Notes under the pieces: model-generated
Databases searched by the model: none
What the model was told of the DNA's origin: nothing
Seen by the model: the letters and a program-made list of their open reading frames with translations, nothing else
Program-made: the position numbers and the translations under genes
Assembly: GCA_964247055.1 (NCBI GenBank)
Contig: OZ176051.1
Location: forward strand, 12,524,001-12,588,000
From: Paragordius varius
Lineage: Eukaryota; Animalia; Nematomorpha
Direction of reading: 5' to 3'
DNA length: 64,000 nt
Shown: piece after piece, positions 1-13,547 of the stretch
How positions within the stretch are numbered: position 1 is the first letter of the stretch
Layout of the letters: each line of letters opens with the position of its first letter

Positions 1-575
1 ATGTGAAATTGTTTAAACCAAAACTTATTATTGCAGGTTAGCAAAAACGTTATCAATAAGTTTAAAATTTATACCCTTGAAACAATGATAAAGCTAGAAT
101 GCTAAAATTGATTATACGGACGTATATATATATATATATATATGATTTTTTTTGACAATTTATCTATTATCATTAACTTTTTTAATAATTATAATATTCT
201 AAATGTAAATAGATTTAAAATATTGAATTTTTACCAAATTTTAATATATATTGCTAGGTGAAACCAAATACAAAATAGTTTTCGATGGATAATCTTAATT
301 TTACCGCTAACTTCAAATTTTTACAAATTTATAGTAGAGATGTTATGGTGATATTTATATATATATATGTTATTTAATTAGTTATTGCAGAAATAAAAAA
401 AAAATATTTTTTTAGTGTAAAAATTCCGTCTTAATTAAATTGAAAACATTAATTTAATTTTAGCCTGAATGACTAATAAAATAATTTATCTACCTTTTGA
501 ACAATGGAATCAACCATTATTAATATATTATTGGTTACAATAAATTTATAAAATATCCGCTCCTCCTTACCCTAG

Positions 576-3500
576 GTATCACCTGTTACAGTCGTCATTT
601 AGATTATCAGCGGTTTCGTCGGATTGCTGATTCTGTTGGGGCCATTCTAATGGCTGATATGGCTCACGTGTCTGGTCTCGTGGCTGGTGGTCACGTGCCT
701 GAAAGCCCATTTGCCTACGCTGATGTGGTTACCACGACAACGCACAAATCTTTGCGGGGTCCGCGGGCTGCACTTATCTTTTATCGCAGAGGTATTTTTT
801 CTGTTTATAAATAAATATATATATAGGTATAAATTGTGTGTATTGAACTAAAAAGAAAGTAATTCAAGACTGTTTAAGCGATTTGACAAAAACATTTTAT
901 CTTAACATTAGGCATATATTGTTATATGCAAGTTAAAAAGTATCATACAATTAATTTTATATATGTTGAAATTTTAAACTATTTTAAGAATAAAATTGAA
1001 AATCAGAACCATTAGGCTCTAAAACAATGAACTGGCTTTAAACCTATTAAGGAACATAAAATACGGTGTGTTATACTATACCTCATCATATATAAAACAT
1101 TTTGGTTTTTCGCTTATTTTCAAATTTTTTACTCTAATTAATGCATATACATAGGATTAAAGAATGTTAATGCCAAAGGTGACAAGGTGATGTATGATTA
1201 TGAAAAACTAATAAATGAAACTGTCTTTCCAGGACTCCAGGGGGGACCCCATAATAACTCTATTGCAAGTATATCAACCAATTTAACATCTGATACAAAG
1301 TTTTATATTAACATCATTTAGAACATTTTTACACAACATTAAAATTTAAAATAGGATCACATTCAAATATTAATTTTAAATTTAGATTGTGCAAATATAT
1401 TGCTATAATTTACATATACTTTGTGAACAAATTTTTTAATTGGAAAATGTAACATAACATAAAATATATATAATTGAACAATAATACAGTTCTAATTTGC
1501 AATTTAATCACAACATTGCATGGCGTGAAGTTAGTTGGACATCTCTAAATCATTTACCCTATTTATTATGTTTTACAGTTGAGTATGAATCTAAGTAATG
1601 AAACATAAAATCCTGAAATTTTGTTTCATTATATCGAATAAACTGGAACTATTGACTAATACGTACACATCTTTCACACACAACTATCTAAACTACTATT
1701 GTTTATCTTGTTATTTCATTTATCTTAATTTTTGCTTCCTTCCTTTAGCATTATAAAATACAATTTTCATTATTAGGTATTATATAAAATTCCTTCTAAT
1801 TTTTACTTTAATTATTGTGTGAATTAGTTTCTCGTTTGATTAGTGCTGGACAAAAAGGTCAACATTAATCCATTTTTTGCAGCCTAGCCATATAATATAT
1901 TTTAGGTATCGCAGTGGCGCTCAAACTGGCCTCTCAACCCGAATTCAAAGAGTATGGAAAGCAAATTCTTGCAAACGCAAAACAACTTAGTTCATCTCTT
2001 CAAGCTTTGGGATATGACATTGTCACTGGTAAAATGATATAGCCCAAACGCTTTTTTCGTTTAATTTTTATTTCTATCAAGTATATTCTAATGGCTAATT
2101 AAATATATCTAAAAGGAAATCAACCCCAAACATATGTATTTTTATGGCATAAACTTAGCTAATTAATTAACAACTCTTTAAATGATTAGTTCCCAACCTT
2201 TTTAGTTCACGGCCCACCAAATTGAAAATAATCAAAGGTAAAAATGTAAAATATATTATAATATTATAAAAATCCCAAAAATGAGATCCTGATATCTGCA
2301 TTTTTTGAAATATTTTTTCCATATCGGTGTGACAAATCTTGATAATCTGCACCTGAAATTTATCAGTTTGTTCAAGTTTTATTTTTTAATTAAATTTTCC
2401 AAATTTTCAGCTTCCCCTTCCCCCTTAGATTTTTCTATAAATTGGCGTTTCAAAATTGGATGTGTTTCCAACATTTCCAATATTAACATTTATTTTTTTA
2501 TTGGTTAATATCAGTCTGATCAGATATGGTGTTTAACATATTTTAACGCAATCATCCAGCATTAAATCACTTTTGTATTCCGTTATACGTACAGAATTGA
2601 ATTTTTAAATTACATTATATTATTTTTGTTTAATTTGTTGTACAGTAGCGTGTCTTATAAAACAAATTTTGTCCATAATTAAATAAAAAAGAAATTCAAT
2701 GCTGTAAAATAGGTAAAAAATGTTTAATTTTAACATTTTGTTGTTTTTTACTCATACACTACTGTGTTGCTGATTATCTGATTATAATGTGATATGGCCA
2801 GCATAAATGTGCATGCTGTGTATATAATATATTATGTTTTCAAAAGCAACATTTGTTCAACCAAAAGCACATTTTCGACCAAACGCAACATTTTTTAAGC
2901 AAAGTTAACTTAAAAAATGTTGCGTTTGATTGAAAAAAGTATTATATATATATTTCTTTAAAGGTGGAACAGACAATCATTTATTGCTTGTGGATTTGCG
3001 TTCAAAAGGTTTGGCCGGAAATAAGGCTGAACGCATGTTGGAACTCATTGGGATCGCTTGTAATAAAAACACGGTTCCTGGCGATCATTCAGCCCTAAAT
3101 CCTTCGGGAATCAGGTTGGGGACTCCGGCTGTAACATCGCGTGATATGAAGGAACAAGACATGAAAACCATTGCAAATTTCATTGATCAGGGTAATTTAT
3201 TATTGAAAAAAATAGTTAAATTATTTATTTTGAAAGTTTTGAAAGGCTAAATTTAACATCGTTTTTCGATATTGAATTGTTTACTTTTTCTAAATGAATA
3301 TACTCTACTGTATAATCAAAAAAAATCTTTCAACCTTTGTACTAACTTCATATATTTCTTTTTTTTGTTCTTAAGCTGAATATAAAATATGTTTTTTCTG
3401 AAACCAGGTAGTTTATGGGTGAAAGCTATGAAAATAATTGATAATTTTCATTGATAATGAACATCGTTACAATTTTACATATGACTGTCATCATTAAATC

Positions 3501-3602
3501 TTATATATATTATATATATAAAGTTAATGTGTTTGCTGACTACTCTGTGAGCAGTTTAAACCTTTAAATAAACTAAAAATCACATGTAATATTGTGATAT
3601 TT

Positions 3603-3658
<56 letters not shown>

Positions 3659-3962
3659 AAGATATGCCAATCCTCATTTCATATATGCTTTCATTATAAT
3701 AGCAATACAACTTGGTATGAGTATACAAGAGCATTTACTAACCTTAAATGGAAATAAGAACGGTCATGCCCCCACCCTTAAAGAATTTAATGCATTTCTC
3801 CAGGAATTTGTATTAGGGGGATTTGACAAAAATCTTGGCTCAATAAATAATGATTCTTCCCATGAATTTGGTCCAAAAATACGGGATACCCTTATGAATT
3901 TAAGTACTTGTGTAAAAACGTTTGCTCGAAAGTTTCCTTTACCGGGTTTTGAGAATTTTTGA
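576..3962 (+). CDS. SHMT: Serine hydroxymethyltransferase, 3' part (5 exons: 576-791, 1155-1268, 1906-2028, 2964-3191, 3703-3962; earlier exons lie upstream of the window)
   Basis: The spliced translation contains [10 protein letters not shown], the PLP-lysine motif [54 protein letters not shown] and the C-terminal [13 protein letters not shown]. All junctions are GT-AG and phase-1 consistent. Cytosolic versus mitochondrial isoform cannot be decided without the N-terminus. Confidence 0.96.
3607..3654. repeat. (TA)n microsatellite; similar tracts at about 15370-15408, 18117-18137, 25159-25197, 31422-31446, 52478-52516 and 57990-58026
   Basis: Directly visible perfect TA dinucleotide runs. Confidence 0.95.
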
Positions 3963-4891
3963 TTTTGTAACATATGTTCACATCTTACACAGTCGCCTAC
4001 AACACACAAATGAACCATGTTAGGTTTTTTATGTTATAAAAGTTTAGGTTTTTATCTATATATGCAATTTACATTACACATTTTATTATAACTTTGATTA
4101 TAGATATGTTTTGTTTTATTACATAAATTAATTCATTAATATTATGGGACTCACAAATCATGTCCAATTAAAATAAATAATTTGTGTAAAATTTATTTTT
4201 TTACAAAATTATTGAACCAACACTTGATCAAGGTTAAGTCTGACCTGTTTAGAATGCCTTCGTGATTATGGCATTTTTATAATAACTAGCCAAAAACTTT
4301 AATAATATAGCTTATTGAAATATCTAAAGTAAATATATATATTTATCATACAAGAAAACTTAGTAATAATAAATATATATTTTTCTTGATTTTTAATAAT
4401 ATTCCCGAATATATTTGTGTTACCAATTTCATTTCTTTATATTTAACCCAAACTCTAGAAATATAAAATTAATTATATTAGGCTTTTAACTATTTTTCGC
4501 TCTTTAAAATATTTTGAAATTTTATGTGCCAAATTTTGTTGATTGTTTCTTGTCATAATATAGTATACATTTTAATGGTGTATCGAAAAATGTAAAGAAA
4601 AGAATTATTCAACATTTCGTTATTTTTCCATATACGACTGTTGTGTTGCAAATTGCTCAACTATAGTGTGATATAAGCAACCATTAAAATGCGCATTGTA
4701 AAAGCCAATTATATTTATATTTACTTCTATCCAATACTTTTTTAATTTATAAGTGGTTTCAACACTCTATTATGATATGGTAGAATTTTTTTATTAATAT
4801 ATATAATATAAAGACACAATATTATTACATTAAGGGTTATTAGAGTATGTATAAAAATATGCCAATATACCAAAAACAATTAGACAATAAA

Positions 4892-7800
4892 TTAATAATT
4901 GATTTTCTGTTTCTTGTTTGATGTTGTTTCTAAAGCATTATTATTAACTCCGTTGTTTTTGCGGTTATAATAATATTTTAAACGCTGTTTTTGTTTTGAT
5001 AAAGCTACTCCCCCATTCATGATATAATTTCTCGTTGATGATTGTCGGGTCGAATTAAGCTTATTTTTACGTTTTTTAAAGGACAAATTTGATATGGGTT
5101 TGTGATTTATAATTTGGTTTATTTCATCGCTGTTAACAGGTAAAAAGGGGGCGTTTTTAAGATTTTGTAAGGTTTGAATAGGTACGTACACATAATGCAT
5201 AAGGAATGAGGATAAATGTGTCTCAATATATCTATATGATATTAATAAAATAAAGTTACAGATAAATCGGAAAATATATAGGATTTGGGTATAATAAAAA
5301 TTTTTTTGGTTTAATTCAGAATATTTATTACCTTTAATTTTTGATTATGTTATTTATTTGTAGGTATAATACTTTAAATAATTTTGATTGTAATCTCATA
5401 TATTTCAAATCTAATCCTATTTAAATTTTTTTTTGAAATTAATTAACATATTAATATAAATTATAAAATTAAATACTTGAGTAATAGATTAATTTGTTGC
5501 GCAAACACTATGGGGTATAGGAGATGGAAAGAAACTTCGTTCATGAGTTTCGGTAATATGCCTATATATATATATATTGTTATTTATTAATACAACAAAT
5601 TAAACTATATATTATAAAAAATACAACATTTTTTTAAGTAGTAAAAATGCAAAAAAACAATGTAAAATAATTTGATCAATAATTATTTTATTTACAGGAT
5701 GCAATGTAATAGTTGCTTGCTTATATCACACTATAGTAGGGCATAACTGTTTATTCAACATTTTGTTGTTTTTCACTACTGTGTTACGGATTGCCTTACT
5801 ATAATGTAATGAAATAAGCAACCATTAAAATGCATACTATATTATGGTGACATTATATCAACTGTAAACATATAAAGTTTTAAACAATATATATATTAAC
5901 TTTTAACCGAAGCTATTCAATTTTGACCCTAAGAAATAATATTTGAAAATTAATAACTAACTCTGTTAATTTTAAAAATAAAAATTGCATACTTAAAATA
6001 TATATAAAAGTTATTATACTGAGAAATCTTAGCAAGGGTATAATTCCAGTTTTGTGAGTATAGCTTTCAATGACATCAATATTGTGTGAATTGTAAGTAA
6101 TATTTGATTGATTCCTAATTTGGACCCTGGTTTTAATTGAGTTGTGATTTTCCGAATATAAAAATTTCGGTATAGAATTAACAGGTATTTGAGATTCTTC
6201 AATGGCAATATTTTCAGTATCCTTCTATCAAACAAAAATAATTATATTATTTAAAAAAACCATAGGGTAAAAATTATAATTTTCTTGTACTTTAGTTTTA
6301 AGTCTGTCAAGTATTTGAAATCGCCGATCCCATCTTAATATATTTTTTTAACCTCGAATTAATGTGATTTAAATTCATAGTTTTTACAGGCACTTTTAAG
6401 TTTATAACTAACAAATCATTTAATTAAATTATATTGAACTTGGAAAAATAATATTTTTTCATAAAAAAATAATCAAGATTGAATTATAAGTGCAAACACC
6501 ATAAATATGTCGAAAAATCTTAGTTTTATTTTTAAAAAACTAGACATACTTGACATTTTATAATTGTGACGTCAATTGATTCATTATTTTTCTGATGATT
6601 GGAAAAAAGTCCGTTTATTTGGGCTTTAGGGTTTGTTTTTTGGGGTGCGATTCTAATTTTTCTAGTCCTATATGTATATAAAGAAAATAAATATTTATAT
6701 CATGAGATTACATAAAAATAGCTAATATATATTTCCATAAGAAAACTGTTTATATAAAACCTAGTTTTTTCATTACATATAACACGTATGGTTTTAGGTA
6801 TAAAATGAGAAGATGTAAATCAGTAATACACTCAATTTTTATATACTCACTATATTTTTTGTCTTTGTAAATATATATCGAAAAAGCAGTTAAATATAGC
6901 TCATTATTTAGCTTCTTAATTTAATTTAGCATTAAAAATTGATTTATTATAACCTAAACGGATAAAAAATAATTTCAATAATAGTAACTCAAAACATAAA
7001 GAGAAAAAAGAATTAAAATTCTTTAATACTATTTATTGTAATCCATTTTAACAATATATACCTAAAAAACCGATTATAACCCCTAAAAATGTCAAGCGTG
7101 AATTAACAATATTTCCGAAAAAAAACGAAATTACTTTTGTATTGAATTGATATTTTTATGGTTTAGTTTATTGTCGTAAACTTCAGCTTGCTCTTTTTCA
7201 GACAGGTAAAGTAATCGATCTTCATAAATATGATTAAACCAAACAATCAATCCAGTCACAAATTCTTTCAGCATTGACTCACTACAAGATAAAATGACGA
7301 AATATTTACAGTGGGGTGATATTAACAAGGAGTTTTTAAACTCTAAATACCTATATGATTAATTATTTTTTTTCATATACCAAATATTTTTATACGTACG
7401 AACCCATATATACAGAGTGTATATTAAAATTTAAAAGACAAAACATAAATTCAAAACTCTGTTTTTAACGCCTATTTTAACCAAACATAATAACGTATCG
7501 TCTGATAATTCAAAACAGAAATAAAGATATAAGTAGACACACAATTTCACTTAAAACTCTATCATTTAGTTTATATTAAAAATGTTAAAAATTATATTCT
7601 TAAAAATATGTTAGTCGTTTACTTTTTATTTTTTGTTCTTTAAGTATAACTGTATTTGCAAAAAAATATTTTTAACCATAATTTAAAATTAAAAAAAACT
7701 GTTCAATTTTTTTTATAAAAACCATTAATCAGCATACTTTGTCACAGGATTAATCAGTTTTGCACAAGATATTAAGGATACTTTTTGCTGAAATTGAGGA

Positions 7801-9432
7801 GAAGGTTGGTTGTTCTTTGTAAAAGTATTATCATAATTATCATTATTGCAAACATAATTTTTTGTTGAGTTGGAAAAACTGGATTCATATGAATATTGAG
7901 CAAAATATTGTTGAAACATTAACGTTTGATTTGGGGTTGCTACATGGTAAGGCAAATTAGTATTAAAATTAGTGTTGTGGTGAACAATAGATGCGTGACT
8001 TTCAAACTGTTTCAAAATGTTGGCCACAGAAAAATTTTCGTGGGGAAGGTCGGCTTTGATATACAAAGGAAACTGTATATAATGAGAAAATGTCTAAAAG
8101 TGTGTGCATTTAAACGACGACTAAATTATTAACGGCGTGCATACGACATTTATATATGAATATAGAAAATAAAATAATCGTTTACATTGTTTAAAAAATG
8201 CTCAAATAAACATTTAATACCACAAATTAAACAGGTGATTAAAATTTTTTGCCTGGTCAAGGAAATTACAGTCGGAATTATAATTTAAATTTCACACCAG
8301 TGTTCTATTTCTAGAAAAAACATATCTCCAATTTATGCAGATTTTGGAGCTCAATTTTAAATGGGGTTTGCTTTTTAATTTCGAAAAAATGGGCAAAATA
8401 TTTGGATAATAAAATTACTATATTGTATAGTTAAACTTTTAGGTGTGAAAACAATTTCCTGTATTGAAATACAAATGATATTGGTTTCAATCGAATAATA
8501 AGGGTTTTAGGCCCTTCTTACTCAATAAAATATTCAAAAATGGATTGTTAAATCCTTGATTTCAGAACTTTAGGCGACCAATTAAAAATCGTGAAATTTT
8601 CGACCGCTTAACATACCTGATGACAAAATATATATTTGATTATAAAATTAAAAAAAGCATAAATGAGCATCAAATTTCTTTAATTATTTATTTGTTAATA
8701 TTTTGTTTGGACTTAATTTGGTTTTATATAGCTTTTAATATATATAAATATAATTCTACGAGTTCTTAATGAAGTTAGATTTTAGAAAAAAATTATATAT
8801 TATATAAAAACATATATAACAAAAGGTGTTAAATTTTTAATAAATAAAACAGCTGACCTTCTTTTCAGCAACAAGTTTTTCATCGATTTTTAAAACGGCT
8901 TTAACTTGAGTCGGAATACATATATCAGGTATTGGTATAACATTTATTGAATTAATAACTTGGGGTATATTAAAACCTAGCTGAATATTATAATTATTTG
9001 TTACTTCTTGTGGTTGAATAAAAATATTTTTATTAAAATTATTTGAATCTTTTTTCTTAATTATTGATGATCTAGCGTTATTCAAAATATTAAACTTTTT
9101 AACAATTCCGAGTTGAATGTCTATCTGTTTTTTTAATTGTCGGTTTTGGGGTGTGTCTTTTAATAAATATTTTTCCTCAACATGCCAATCCCATCTATTT
9201 TATAATCATTATTATTTACGAGTTTTTCCATCCCAAAAAATGAACCCAATAAATTGGAATTTGCATAACCTGTTCATTTTTATTAATGTTAACATGTTTT
9301 ATATTTTGTATCTAATAATATAATTTAATTATATACGCGTGCATTATAAAGTTTTTTAGCTAGCAAAGGGTCAGGTTCGTAACAAAGAACATTTTCACCG
9401 ATTTGAAAGAGAATTTCTGACTTTGTTTTCAT
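4892..9432 (-). CDS. MSL3: MSL3-like (male-specific lethal 3) chromo-barrel plus MRG domain protein, 584 aa, 9 exons: 9432-9337, 9311-9220, 9194-8858, 8072-7738, 7281-7135, 6667-6550, 6224-6020, 5561-5477, 5231-4892
   Basis: N-terminus reads MKTKSEILFQIGENVLCYEPDPLLAKKLYNAR-IQNIK...YWVHFLGWKNSWDWHVEEKYLLKDTPQNRQL. The EPDP motif is typical of MSL3 rather than MRG15, and the aromatic-cage Y/F/W/W residues are retained. MRG segments are ICIPTQVKAVLKIDEKLVAEKK..LP..FSVANILKQF, ESMLKEFVTGLIVWFNHIYEDRLLYLSEKEQ and TGIIPLLRFLSILPKLM..LLKYIETH. The exons sum to 1755 nt (585 codons) and all junctions are GT-AG and in phase. Confidence 0.87.
9195..9219 (-). other. 25-nt spliceosomal intron (MSL3 intron 2): GTAAATAATAATGATTATAAAATAG
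   Basis: Removing it joins GW KN TC|A TGG GAT TGG to give GWKNSWDW, the conserved chromo-barrel motif. Retaining it gives TCG TAA (stop). Confidence 0.85.
9312..9336 (-). other. 25-nt spliceosomal intron (MSL3 intron 1): GTATATAATTAAATTATATTATTAG
   Basis: Removing it joins LYNAR|IQNIK in phase 0. Retaining it gives an in-frame TAA. Confidence 0.85.
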
Positions 9433-11804
9433 TAAAATTTGGACCTCTCATATCAATTTAAATTATTTGGTAGTTGATTTGTGCGCTTTATTTTAACATA
9501 TGATGCAATAATTTATATATAAAATCGGTCGAACGGCACCAAATCGAGACATCCAATTTTCGCATTAGGTATTTACTTAGAACACTAATAGTTGATTTAA
9601 AATATTTTTATAAATTATTTTTTAGATGTAAAGTCCTAAAATTTTGAATTTGCACGAGTCTAAGATAGATTAGTTTAAAATAAAGGCGAAAAGCCCGAAT
9701 TGTGTTATAAAAATTATATATATATATATAATAATTTTGATATCAAATAAAGTTTTCCACAAAAAAATTTAACTTTAAATTTGATGAAAAACAAATATTT
9801 AAATTAAATAAAAAGATAAAATGCTCAGAATCATCAAATATACAAAAAGTGTTATTATAATTCTCATAGTGCTTTTATAGTGTTCCCATCATGCTTCAAA
9901 ATATATAGTTCGCTTTACCGAAATTTTGCTACAGATTTAATTTTAACATTTTTTTGGAAAAGACTTTTATTAAAGTCAGAATCAAGCATATATTTGAATT
10001 TGTATTTTGCTATTGCGGTTTTCGACTATAGAACTTGCCGATTTTATATCGATCCCAAATCGGAGACTTCTGGCTCTCACATCCAAAATTAATATTTTAT
10101 GAAATGTTGTTCTGCTTATACTTGTTAAATACTTTACAATATTTAGTGATATTGGAATAAAACAATTCACCAAAAAAATCTATACAGCAAAATGGCAAAT
10201 TTTGCCATCTTCTGAAAGCAGTCACAACAAAACTGGAAATACATATATATCACCCTTATGAATCGATATATCCTATCAGTAATATATTTCATCAGATTAT
10301 TCTTTTATAATTCCGATTTTGGATGATACTGTAAGGATGTGGATTATACACCTCAATTTTCATTATGTATATGTTTCAAGAAAATGATAATTTTTAAACT
10401 TTCTAAACGAAAAATGGATTAAAAATATAGCACATCAGCAAAATCGAGTTTATTTTGTGGACTCTTACCGTTTCCATATAGTATAACGCTTTAAAATTAT
10501 TTTTTTAAGCAATTGCATTTTCCCAATATAATTTTTTTGTTCTCATGGCCCTGCTAAAAATTGGATAACGAAAATTTGGCTTAAGACTTAAATACAACAC
10601 ATTCTCTTCAGTCATCCGATTCAAATTAGGGTTTTTAGGGCACTGTTTAAAATCAAATATTTCTAAAAATACGGAACAAATCGAAACCGTTACAAAAGTG
10701 CGCTTATACATTGAAGCACCGAAGTATATAAAAAAAGATTTGTTTCTATGAATAGATATTTATTAGGGATAAACCTGAAGGTAAAAATTTAGTCAACATA
10801 ACGTGTGTGCATTACTCAAATATAAATATAACACAAAATAAATCACTTTCTTTTTCTGTTTATATTAATGTTAAATGTGATTTAAATAAAAAAATTAACT
10901 TTGATAGCGTTAGAATTAAATAAACGATATTTTGCAATATTGCAATATAAAATTGGGGTCGAAGTAGCTTGACATCAATCATTTTCAAAACAAAATTTTA
11001 TTTGGATATTTTGGCGTATTTATATAATTTTAATAGGACAGAAGCAAATTTGAATGGAAATCGTTTCTTTTACTAGTTTTTATTATATCAATTTAAATAT
11101 AGTTGGGGTCCCTAACACCTCATATTAAATCGAAGTGTTAAAATTGAAAATTTCTGGTGTTAAAAAATTAATTTTTGAGCCCTATCTAAAAATAAAAATT
11201 TTATATTAAAAATATTATACATTTTCATGTTTACCTGATATATGTAAAAAATATTTGGGAATAACGTGGTTTTCACCAAAAAATAATTTTTCATTATGGC
11301 GTTAATTTCGCTTTGGATATGGCCTAATTAGCACACATATATTTCATGAATAGCCCGCAATCAATACCAAAAGCAATAAAAAATCATTTGTCAGTTTATA
11401 TAATCAGGGTATTTTAAATCCCCTAATTTTTTGGAGTGCCATATAAGTGCGACCCACAACTTAAGCGATTCCGGCTTAGGCTCATTACAAGCCAATCTTT
11501 GCTACACATCTCATGATACTAAAATTATTTACGACAATTTAATTAAAAGCGATCCTTTAATATGGAGTCAAGTCTATTATTTTTAACTGAACGCTTTAAA
11601 AAGAATTTCGATATTTAGCGAATGTTTCATTTTTATTATATGATATTTAATTTAAAAAAAAGCTGTTGTATTTACTATTTCTATCTATAGTATTCAATTC
11701 GTAAAAATTAAAAACATTGGATAACTTTTTTAAACAAATTAAATTAAAGGGCATTTTAATAAAAGAAAGAGTTAAAAAATTGATAATAATACCTATTTAT
11801 ATTA

Positions 11805-12003
11805 CAGTCATGTATCCTTTATTTTATCACAAATATATTATTTGGTAAAGAATGAAAAATCAAGAGCTCTATGGTAATTCTTATATTTTTTGATGAATAT
11901 GATATTGAAACCATAGAGCTCTTGTTTTTTCCATTCTTTGCTAAATATTTATACCCATTTAACGAAAAAAATTTTTTTTGATAAAATAAAGGATACATGA
12001 CTG
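11805..12003. mobile_element. MITE of about 200 bp with TIR CAGTCATGTATCCTTTATTTTATC and TA target
   Basis: The termini are inverted copies of each other and are flanked by TA. A related copy lies at 15450-15685. Confidence 0.8.
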
Positions 12004-12219
12004 TATAGCATTATTTTAATTTAGAAAAAAGGCAATTATGCAAATGCAATGAAAAATCGGCCTACCGATAATCATAAATGTTGACGATCTCTGTTTAATA
12101 TTAACAAATTGCACCTATCCGAAAATTTTTTTGGAATATACAATATATATTATAAAGATAATTCATTTATTATAATGTCATAAAAAATGAGTGCATATTC
12201 AATATAGGTATATATAGAT

Positions 12220-13547
12220 TAATGTGACCAGATAGGCTGTTTTTCGCAGTACAGTACTGGGTTTTCAGAAAAAAACTGCGCCTGTACTGCGCCCACTTTT
12301 GTACTGCTTTTTGAAATTAAAAAAATTTAATTTTTTATAATTAAATATTAATTACCTTTAATTTATTCAAAAAAATTATTTTAGAATTTAATATAGTACC
12401 TCTGCAAAATAACCCCATAATTTGTAAAAAAATGGTTCATTTTTAGGTAAAAAAACTAAGATTGGCCTGTTTTTAATTGGTTAATATATTTTTCGGCAAG
12501 AAATATACATATAATTGGGATTTAAATCGGTAAAACCGCTTATGATTGCAGCCTTTCGCGCTAAGCGAAACTATATCACAAAGATTCAAACTAATGGATT
12601 TTTAATCAGGGCTTCCGCAAAAAGAGGTGCCTCAAAATTTAATACCAACATTAATTTATGATATTTTCATAAATGTTTGATCTTTAAAGTTCATTTTTTG
12701 ATATAATTATCAAACGGAAAATTATATAGAAAATTGTATTCCCATATATTATTTAAAATTTATTATATATGGCACATGATTGCTAAATAATCTGTTTTTG
12801 TATTAAGTTAAAGTTTTTTTAAGCTTTCTATACTCATTAGGTGGAAGTATGATATTTCTTAATTTTTTCCCTAAACTTTAATTTTTTTAGTTTTATTATT
12901 TTTTTGCATACACAAATTTGAGATATTTTGTTGAAGCGTACTTCAAACTATTTTGAAGCAGATGGAAACAATATAACGCTTTAAGAAATAATAAAACCCT
13001 TTTTAAACGATGTTGAACTACCATTGGAGAACTTTAATTCAAAGGTTTGTTTGCTTGCAAATTTTGGTGAATTTATGTAAAAAACACATTAATGCTGAGT
13101 GAGAAAAACGTATGGCATTATCGAATTATATATGTGTTAAACGGCAAAATTTTGATAAAAATTAAATTTTTGAAAGTATGCACTTATTTAGAATATTTAG
13201 TTGATATCATTTAGCATATATTTAGAATTATTGCACAATGTCGGAGTTTTTGTGTTTTCTTTAAGAGAACAATCCATTAAGGCCAAAAAATTTATCTAAC
13301 AATTTAAAATTTTTACAATTATTATTTTATAGCACCTACCACAAAAGTGTAAATAACTTTCTTTATAACTCGTAAAGGTTAAACAAAAACAACATGATAA
13401 TCCTGATATTTTCCTATCAGAATATAAATTCTTTATCATGATATTTTTTGTGAAAACTGTGTAATATTCCACACCGATGGTGTAAAAACGGGAAATGGAT
13501 GTTTTGATTTTGTACTGCGTCAGAGTTTAAAAAATCTGGTCACATTA
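12220..13547. mobile_element. Non-autonomous hAT DNA transposon, 1328 bp
   Basis: TIR TAATGTGACCAGAT...ATCTGGTCACATTA with an exact 8-bp target-site duplication ATATAGAT (12212-12219 and 13548-13555). It carries subterminal GTACTGCG repeats and has no long ORF. Confidence 0.88.

Noticed and set aside
9880-10711. ORFs upstream of MSL3 as additional 5' exons
   Set aside because: MSL3 already starts with an ATG preceded by an in-frame stop and has a complete chromo barrel. These ORFs lack homology cues and look like repeat-derived sequence.
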